Positions 55,573 to 64,000 of a DNA stretch of 64,000 bases are shown in pieces; position 1 is the stretch's first letter; each line of letters opens with the position of its first letter. Made by a program: the position numbers and the translations under genes. The notes beneath the pieces were generated by a model that made no database searches, was not told where the DNA came from, and worked only from the letters and a program-made list of their open reading frames with translations. The stretch lies in assembly GCA_951406725.2 (NCBI GenBank), contig OX597842.1:15748001-15812000 (forward strand), written 5' to 3'. The DNA comes from Octopus vulgaris (lineage: Eukaryota).

Positions 55573-56565
55573 CTGAAATATGTGTTTCCAAGTTTTATAC
55601 TTTATAGCAACAATTTTTTTTATATCTGTTAATCTATATTTTATCATTCTGAGACATTTGTAACATCAGTGGTCAACCAGTGATCCCTATGGTTTTGGTC
55701 AATATTCCATGTAATCGGCCAGTATTTATGACTGACCTCCCTAAACATCCACTCTCTACCACGGCATCCTACATAGTCTAACGATGTAGCAGTTATCACA
55801 TTTAATTATCGCTCAACATCAGATTGAATGTTAGTTGTACTGTTTCTTTTCTTATAACTGTGCCAAATTTTTACATGGCATCGTTCTCAAAGCTCTGGTC
55901 TTTGCTAACAACCTGCTTAATTCCAATGTCAACCAAGTAATTCATCAAAGATCTAGACATAAGCACATGTGACACCACTTTAAGGAAGATAAACATACAC
56001 CTGATCTCTCTGTTAAAAGTTGCTCCTGATAATATTTAATTTTAACTGCCCACTCTACCAGAACGTCATCTTATCCAGGACATACTTGAAGGTTTCATGA
56101 TCTGATGTGCACATAATAATCAAGTGAGAACCAAAACCAAGAGTTGAGAGACAAACAAACCTGTGCTTCAATTTGGCTTTAATATCATCCAAAAACCAAC
56201 ATACCAACAAGGAGTTGTGTATTAAAGTCTTTCAAATGGGGAACACAGTTTTACTCCCTTAAAATCTTCTGCTGAATTTAATAGTTTACCAAAGATGACA
56301 ACGATGTCCTTGTAAGTACACAATTTATGCTCCATTAGTTTTGTTGCAGACTACAACCCCGTTGAAGTGTAACAAGTTTCTTACTTGGATAAAGACAATG
56401 TTTAGTGGATATCACTGAGAAGAGACACTAGGAACCCCTTTTGAGATAAATCTGCCAGATTATACTGACCTGGGTCTACGCAACAACATGAAGTACATTA
56501 TTCTACACAATAAAGTCAATGAGACAAGCAGGACAAACAGACAGATCATCAAAAGATATTCTTAC

Positions 56566-56705
56566 CAACTTCACTTTTGCTTGTTACAAGTTTCCGACAC
56601 TTCAGGCATCGTTGAAGTGGAACGATTGAACATTGCTTAGATATCAAAAGATGTTCGCATGGATGGTATTTTATGGTTGCTGTTCTATTTCTGCACCGCA
56701 AACAT
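56566..56705 (-). CDS. RING-finger exon (C3HC4-type; fifth ligand is Ser)
   Basis: gcacag|A TGT..|gtaag; CLRCRNRTATIKYHPCEHLLISKQCSIVPLQRCLKCRKLVTSKSEV; 140 nt, phase 2 to phase 1. Confidence 0.9.
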
Positions 56706-57064
56706 CTGTGCAACAAAATACAAATATATCAGGCCAAAATATTCATTTATAACAAATATTACATTGTGTGCATGTTTACAGAAGAGAAAATTAGGACAAA
56801 ATACAATGACAAGTAAGAGGACACCAAAAATTCTTTATACAGTTACACAGCGGCAGCTTTGTGCGTAGCTATATGGCACAAACACACACACACACATGCA
56901 AACACACAAATTGATGAATACTTGTCTTGACTCTGACACGTCATAAGAAATGTCTGTTACACATTCACTACTTGTATTCCAGAAATATATTTCTAACATC
57001 AAACTCGTTTATTCTGAACAGATATATTTACACAGCTTTCTTTATATTCACATACTTTATTATG

Positions 57065-57128
<64 letters not shown>

Positions 57129-57139
57129 TTCTCTTTTAC

Positions 57140-57384
57140 TCTTTTACTCGTTTCAGTCATTTGACTGTGGCCATGCTGGAGCACCGACTTTAGTTGTGAA
57201 AATCGACCTCAGGACTTATTCTTTGTAAGCCTAGTACTTATTCTGTCGGGCTCTTTTGCCAAACTGCTAAGTTACAGGTGCGTAAACACCCCAGCATCTG
57301 TTGTCAAGCGATGCTGGGGGACAAACACAGACACACAAATATACACACACACGCACGCACACACACACACACATATATATATAC

Positions 57385-57423
<39 letters not shown>

Positions 57424-57588
57424 TACGACCAGCTTCTTTCAGTTTCAGTCTACCAAATCCACTCAAGAGGCTTTGGTCAGCCCGAGTCTATAGTAGAAGA
57501 CACTTGCTTAAGGTGTCACGCAGTGAGACTGAACCCGGAACCATGTGGTTCATAAGCAAGCTGCTTACCACACAGCCACTCCTACGCC
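57140..57588 (-). mobile_element. tRNA-derived SINE next to (AAT)n
   Basis: Same family as 17631-18031. Confidence 0.88.
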
Positions 57589-57689
57589 TAAGATTAAATT
57601 ATGTAAAATAGAAGAAATTATCTATAAATAGAAGTCTGCTCCGGTATCCAAAACTCTGAGTTTTATTACGACAACCATCTAATTGTCAC

Positions 57690-57762
<73 letters not shown>

Positions 57763-58654
57763 TATAAAACACGTTATTGCATTTAATCTGGTTAACAAGT
57801 ATTCTATGCTTAAACATTCGGTTATGAATTGTATGGATGGACGACAGAACACAATCACCATGGCATCATGTACGGGAGAACATCATGTATGGTAGCAACA
57901 CAAGTCACTATTCTAACATAGAACAATGCCCTGAGAACTGCCTACAATGTATGTGTGTGTGTGTGTGTGTGTCGTGTGAGTGTGCTAAAGCCGAAAACTC
58001 TTTGAAGGTTAATGTGTTGAATACAGTGAATGCCATGTTTGGATGTGCCATCAAAGCCTTACTACCCTACTTACCTCCTGAAGATCCCAGACCAATAAAA
58101 GTTACATAATGGTTCTATGGTTGAAGGACTGTGGGAAATGGTCTAACTCCCAAATTGGATTATTCAGTGTCTGACGCATGTGACTTTACTGTGCCATCGC
58201 TATTGAAAAAAATCTGGCCGTTACAAACGGAAATTTCAGAAAATCCGCTAATGCTTGTCAATTGAATAAAACAAAACTATATTTATACAGACCAAAATCA
58301 ATATCTATAAACAATAACTGAATTTCAACAGACAAAGAAAGCTAAGTATATTCTCTAAGGGGAAATGTGTCCGTTTCATTAGTAGCAAATACAGAAAAAG
58401 ATGTATGGCAATGAAATTGCTAAATCTTACAAAATACGGGAGTCTAAGGGTGTAAGGCGACTAAAACACCTAGTAATGGAATATGTGTTATTTGAATTAT
58501 TTCTTTCCTGCAGTTTTTTTTTTCTGTGAAGATATGTGGCAATGTTCCTCAGTGTTTGTAGAAATATGTATGTATGTATGTATGTAAGTATGTATGTATG
58601 TATGTATGTAAGTATGTAGGTATGTATGTAAGTATGTATGTATGTATGTATGTA

Positions 58655-58704
<50 letters not shown>

Positions 58705-58713
<9 letters not shown>

Positions 58714-58942
58714 AGGGAGTATAACTCCAAACTTACAGGGAAAATTTAGAATTAAATCAAATTTCACAATATAAATATATAAAATATTAATTAGAGATTT
58801 ACTTATTATATATTGATCATTCACTTTTATAATTTTTGAGATCTAGTTATATGTTTTATAAAAATATATTTGTTATTTATGTTTTGGTTCATGTCTATCA
58901 CTGTTTGAGTTGCATAATAGTGGTTTTATCTCTAATTTATAT

Positions 58943-58950
<8 letters not shown>
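58705..58950. mobile_element. (TA)n-embedded PLE-type short element
   Basis: gagtataactccaaa.ttacagggaaaaat shared with about 62450 and (inverted) about 16850; ends tagtggttttatctctaattt as at 14540. Confidence 0.65.
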
Positions 58951-59019
<69 letters not shown>

Positions 59020-59476
59020 CATATATATATAAATATGCACTGTTGGTGTGTGTTTGTAGGTTATTTCCTTATGAAATCTTTCAGAATAATGACTGATTGG
59101 GACATAGAAGATTGAGAAAAAAATATGTTGGTAGACAGATAAATTCCACTTATTTCTTAGTAAACAATTTCAAAATGTATTCATTCACTTCATTATTTAG
59201 TTCTACATTTTCCTATTAGTCACAACTCTTTAAAATTGGGAATGAAGAGAGGTTGACAGTGAGGCACTTCTGTTGATATAATGTGAATATAATCACAATC
59301 GTGTTTTTTCTTTGATCACCTAACAACTGAATATCATTTATTGTGTGACCTTTGATCAAAACACTAGTGACAGTATAATATATTGGCAGAATTAAAACTA
59401 AATAAACATATAAACAGGATTATTTAGGAAATAGAAAATATACTGGTTTATCTTGTCATTGCCAGGAAATACTTAC

Positions 59477-59652
59477 ACTGGGGGTAAAAATGTTTGTAAT
59501 TTTTCTCTCAAATTTGAATTCTTAATGAGGTCCAATGGTGTGTTATTCTTGTCATTTTTATAGTAAAAGTCGGCTCCCTGACCGGCTAGATATCTAGCCA
59601 CCACAGTGCCAGAGAGCCTTTCTTCCTTTCTCAGGTCCAGCTCATTGCAGTA
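59477..59652 (-). CDS. Exon: last ankyrin repeat region
   Basis: tttgtag|..|gtaagt; YCNELDLRKEERLSGTVVARYLAGQGADFYYKNDKNNTPLDLIKNSNLREKLQTFLPP; 176 nt; resembles the MIB1/MIB2 pre-RING ankyrin repeat. Confidence 0.9.
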
Positions 59653-59745
59653 CTACAAATGATGAAATATAAAATGATAATAGTATTACACAAATATTCA
59701 TAACAGATGTCCCCACAACAGTTCAAATAAATCTACTCATAGATT

Positions 59746-59941
59746 TCGTTTTTGGATTTGGTTTGCAAGATTCTTTATGTGAGTTCGTGTGTTGAAGCAT
59801 ATGCTGTTGTCTGGGGAGAGTCAGTCTCTTTTAGTGCCTTATAATTTAGGAAAATAAAGAAGGCGTTAAGTGGAAATTTTACCGGTGAGTGTGTTAAATT
59901 ATAAGACACTAAAAGAGAAGAAATCTCCCCAGACACAACAG
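59746..59941. mobile_element. Short asymmetric fold-back element with 12-bp TSD
   Basis: TACTCATAGATT at 59734-59745 and 59942-59953; inverted arms 59804-59848 / 59895-59941. Confidence 0.8.
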
Positions 59942-59970
59942 TACTCATAGATTGTTTATCCAGTAAACAG

Positions 59971-60635
59971 TACTATTACACTATTCCATATCCTATCCCT
60001 TTTCTCCTTCAGTTTCCGTCTTTAGGCCCAATCGATTGTTTATGGTAATAATCTATTGCTAAAAAGAGATCTTACAAACTATTAATTTGATTAGTGGATG
60101 AATAAGATATTTTGATTGTACGCCTATTTGTCTAATATATTTACTCACTTGTTAAAAAAATCCAGGGACATATCTTATTCACCCACTAATCAAATTAATG
60201 GTTTGTAAGATCTCTTTTTAGCAATAAATTATTACCATAAACAACGGATTGGGCCTAAAGACGGCAACTGAACGCGAAAAGGGATAGGACATGGAACAGT
60301 GTAATGGTAAATAGGTATAACTCCCGATTTCCCGCTATTACCAGTCAATTCATTTATTTTACTCAGATGTACATTCGTTTGATAAAATGATATAGGGGCA
60401 TTACTTATTCACCCACAAATACCATTAATAGGTTCTAGTACCTATTTTAGCAATAAACTATTACAATAAAGGTTAACAAAATATTTAATAGCTTAATTAT
60501 GCCTAACCGATTCTAAAATTTATATATTGACATAAGACTGGAGACAGGAATGAGAGTGGAACTAAAATGGGAACGGGAAAGGGAACTGGAAATAAACCCT
60601 GTTTTTCCCGGTAGTACTGGGTAATTCAGCTAGTA
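59971..60635 (+). mobile_element. Helitron-like element with internal ~140-bp inverted repeat
   Basis: Arms 59971-60111 / 60169-60309; 3' hairpin cccggtagtactggg followed by CTAG at about 60630. Confidence 0.6.
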
Positions 60636-60649
60636 TATATACATATTAG

Positions 60650-61052
60650 GGCGGTGAGCTGGCAGAATCATTAGCATGCCAGGCGAAATGCTTAGCGGTA
60701 TTTCGTTTGCTGCTACGTTCTGAGTTCAAATTCCGCTGAGGTCGACTTTGCCTTTCATCCTTTCGGGGTCGATAAATTAAGTACCAGTCACACATTGAGG
60801 TTGATATAATCGACTTAATCCGTTTGTCTGTCCTTGTTTGTCCTCTCTATGTTTAGCCCCTTGTGGGTAGTAAAGAAATAGAAATAGGTATTTCGTCTGC
60901 CGTTACGTTCTGAGTTCAAATTCCGCTGATGTCGACTTTGCCTTTCATCCTTTCGGGGTCGATTAGATAAGTATCAGTTACATAATGGGGTCAATGTAAT
61001 CGACTTAATCCCTTTGTACATCCTTATTTGTCCTCTCTATGTTTAGCCCCCT
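60650..61052 (+). mobile_element. Dimeric tRNA-derived SINE (second family)
   Basis: Same structure as 45850-46262. Confidence 0.88.
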
Positions 61053-61071
61053 ATGTGCAATGAAGAAGTAA

Positions 61072-61138
<67 letters not shown>

Positions 61139-61158
61139 CAAACAATTTTAAATCTTAC

Positions 61159-61368
61159 CTCATCTAAAATATCCATCGTTATGCCCTCGGAATCAAACAT
61201 ATCATTTTTAACAGCAAGGTGCAAACAAGTGTTACCTTCACCATCAACAACATTTATGCTTGCTCCTCGGTCTATTAATTTGTGCATCATTCCGAGGTGA
61301 CCTTGGGAGACGGTTTCAAGCAAAGGAGTCATTTCCTTATGGTTCTTCTTATCCAGTTTTACCGAATC
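61159..61368 (-). CDS. Ankyrin-repeat exon (acceptor position uncertain)
   Basis: DSVKLDKKNHKEMTPLLETVSQGHLGMMHKLIDRGASINVVDGEGNTCLHLAVKNDMFDSEGITMDILDE|gtaag. Confidence 0.88.
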
Positions 61369-61705
61369 TTTTGTGGAGGTAAAAATAGAAAATGAAAACT
61401 TACATGAAAATTCGGATGGATATCAATGTGTCATAAGTGTCTTATACTGAGTTCTTGATCAAACCGATCAGATACATTTCATGTTTGTCAGAGAAACTAA
61501 ACTTCTATTACGACCCTGTATAAGTTGCTTTGTGTTAGAGGCATGGTAAATCTATTCAGATGTAATAAATGGATTGTTTCCACTTAATCTACATTTATCC
61601 CTCACTAAAAGTAAGCTTTAGGGAGTTGAACAAGAGTGAATGCATGATTAACAGATCAAGTCTAGGAAAGAAGAATTATAATTTCTAAGGTATACTTTTG
61701 ATATC

Positions 61706-61885
61706 GTGAGGTATACTTGCCATCTCAATATGGTACACTTTCTGTGCTCTTATGGTATGTAAATACCATAAGAGCACAGAAAGTGTGCCTAAAGCCAGCT
61801 GGAGACGATGTTCTCCTGGGGCTACAAGCTACAGTAACACCCACCATTAGTGGTTAGCTATATTGAGATAGCAAGTTTACCTCAC
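61706..61885. mobile_element. MITE-like element with 26-bp TIRs and an internal 27-bp hairpin
   Basis: TIRs 61706-61731 / 61860-61885; stem 61732-61758 / 61763-61789 with GTAA loop. Confidence 0.7.
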
Positions 61886-62183
61886 ATTGTCGTGCAGTTA
61901 CTGTTTATACCTCGTTCAGAGATTTATTATTACTTTTGATATCGCTATATAAATAAGGTGTTCATAAAACTGCTGAGGCGGTTAGTGTCCACATCCACAA
62001 AATTAATTATAGTCTCACATACACACACACGCACACACACATATATACACAAACATTCTATAATTATAAGTATAATTAAAATTAGGGTTGTTCGGAAGTG
62101 CTGGCGTTTGGATATTGGTTATTCTATGTCGCTTGGTCGAATACGTATTTAATTATTAATAGTTCCAAATTTTTAATTGAAAT

Positions 62184-62256
62184 ACTACACTGAAGAAGGA
62201 AATAAGTGAGTAAATATAAATTTTACATCTCTTTAATCCTGAAACGCGTATGTGGT
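62184..62256 (+). ncRNA. Minimal type I hammerhead ribozyme motif (PLE-associated)
   Basis: Stem I ACTACA/TGTGGT, core CTGAAGA (62190-62196), stem II AGGA/TCCT, GAAA (62241-62244), palindromic stem III ACGCGT, GTA triplet. Confidence 0.75.
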
Positions 62257-62768
62257 TAATCAATGTCGGTTAGATTCGATATGTTTTCTCTTGACCTCCG
62301 TAAAATAAGAATATTGTTCTCTGGGAGTCATCTTATGGTAAACGAATAGTATTTAGCTGCTATTTCGAAATTTCGGTATGTGGTGAAGCAATTTGCTGAA
62401 CCCTAATTATAATAATGCTTATAATTATAATAATAATATTATTATTAAGGAGTATAACTCCAAATTTACAGGGAAAAATTCAATTTAGTATTAAATCAAA
62501 TTTCACAATATATATATATATATATATATAAATTAGAGAAAATCCACTATTATGCAATTCCAACAATGATAGACATAAACCAAATCATAAATAAAAAATT
62601 AAATATATTAAATAATTTTTAAAACTAAATCACAAAAAGTACAAAAATGAATAAACAATATATAGTAAGTAAAAAGACTGCGTAGTTTCATGGCTATAAT
62701 TTAAATTCGAATTACAATTAAATTTAAATTTAATCGAAAAACAATGTAATTTATATTTGTTAACTAAC

Positions 62769-62805
62769 CTGGGACAGCATCAAAGTCACCACATCATGGT
62801 GTCGC
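62769..62805 (-). CDS. 37-nt ankyrin exon (K)RHHDVVTLMLSQ
   Basis: ttttcag|G CGA..CAG|gttagt; completes the ankyrin repeat begun in the upstream exon (phase 2 match). Confidence 0.8.
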
Positions 62806-63711
62806 CTGAAAATTATGGAAAGAGTAAAGAAAAACATGAAAAATACAAACATCACAGAGATTGAGATAATTAGTAATTATTAGGTCATTAAAGAAAATAA
62901 AAAGAATTGAGTCACCATAACCTAATTAAAGCAGTTCTTACACGCACATATTTGTCAATACACACGAGTCACAGTAGAACAATAATATATATACACCTGA
63001 GTAAACACAGAAATATATATATGGTACAGTGAGCAGCTGTATAAACACGGAATTTAGGAGGGAAAGAAGGGCTATAGTTCATTATATGGACCCCAGTACA
63101 TGACTGTTAATGTATTTTATTAACCTTGCAGAGATGGAGGGATAAGTTGAGGTCAGCAGGATTTGACCCCAGAACATAAATGTCGTAAATAAATACCACA
63201 AAGTATTTTGTCCAACAGTAATAAAATACAAGAACCGGAGAAAAGAGGGAGGATAGTTTATTAAATGAACCCCTGGATATTACTGGTACAGATTATATTG
63301 ACCCCAGAGTGGTAATAGATACTGCGGCAGGATTTGAACATGGAACATAAAGTGACAGATATAAATATTGTAAGAGGATTATTCTGTATTTAGCCCATGG
63401 TCGGAGGAAAGAGGGAAATTACTAGAGAAAGAGAGGGAAAAAGAAAGAGAATGCAGTTGTACATGGGATGAAAGGAAGAGGGAGGATTTGAACTTGTAAC
63501 CTTGAGCTAATGGATGATGAGATAAAGAGAAGAAACTAGTGAAGTAACAACAACAACAGCAATTATGGTGATGATTAATTAATGAAATAGATTAGTTATA
63601 TTACAGTGTGAAAGAGGGTAGAAGAACAACAAACCCAGGGTGGGATTATGACATGAATGACTCAATGAAATAGAAACAGATTTGGATGTTCCAGATCTAA
63701 GGTGGACTTAC

Positions 63712-63869
63712 TTTCGAACTGCCAGATGCAGAGGTGTGTCACCATCTTTGTCCATTGCATTGGCATCGATGCCGTCGTGATTCAATAAGAGGCGAACTGT
63801 GTCTATGTGTCCCTGGAAACAGGCAAAGTGAAGAGGTGTAGCACCAAAGGAGTTATCTCGTTGATTCAC
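63712..63869 (-). CDS. Ankyrin-repeat exon
   Basis: ttttccag|VNQRDNSFGATPLHFACFQGHIDTVRLLLNHDGIDANAMDKDGDTPLHLAVR|gtaagt; two TPLH motifs. Confidence 0.93.
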
Positions 63870-64000
63870 CTGGAAAAGAAAAGAATGAAAACATTAAAAA
63901 TGGCGCCTGAAGGGTGGGTGAGGGGAGAATCATTAAAAGAAAAACTGCACAGAGAAAGAGAAGAAAAACATCAAATTATTTAAACAAGTGGAATGACTGG

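Larger units (their letters stand above)
46723..63869 (-). other. Gene span: Mind bomb-2-like ankyrin repeats + RING + KxVQT repeats + death domain; 5' end lies beyond the window
   Basis: Ten exons with GT-AG sites join in frame except for one 1-nt phase problem at 61367/61368. Confidence 0.85.

Noticed and set aside
46723-63869. Assigning the symbol MIB2
   Set aside because: Only ankyrin/RING resemblance; death domain present and N-terminal MZM/REP domains not visible, so orthology is unsupported

Overview
AT-rich, microsatellite-saturated animal genomic DNA; the SINE families and repeat landscape point to an octopus or other cephalopod (inference). The left 45 kb is mostly transposon debris: Tx1/L1, RTE and CR1-like LINEs, Penelope-like elements (PLEs), Gypsy and hAT fragments, and tRNA-SINEs. 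It includes a ~13-14 kb direct segmental duplication (about 8640-21748 vs 26555-40894). The right part holds the 3' ten exons of a minus-strand gene that the ORF track mostly misses: ankyrin repeats (Mind bomb-2-like), then a RING finger with one Zn ligand changed Cys->Ser, then three duplicated 51-nt phase-1/1 exons encoding K-x-V-Q-T (LC8/DYNLL-type) motifs or a variant, then a C-terminal death domain. A broken tandem paralogue lies just downstream. Other highlights are minimal hammerhead-ribozyme folds in PLE-type repeats, a tRNA-headed, hammerhead-bearing fold-back element with 8-bp target-site duplications (TSDs), and fold-back elements sitting in (TA)n tracts. All calls are by eye; no searches were run.
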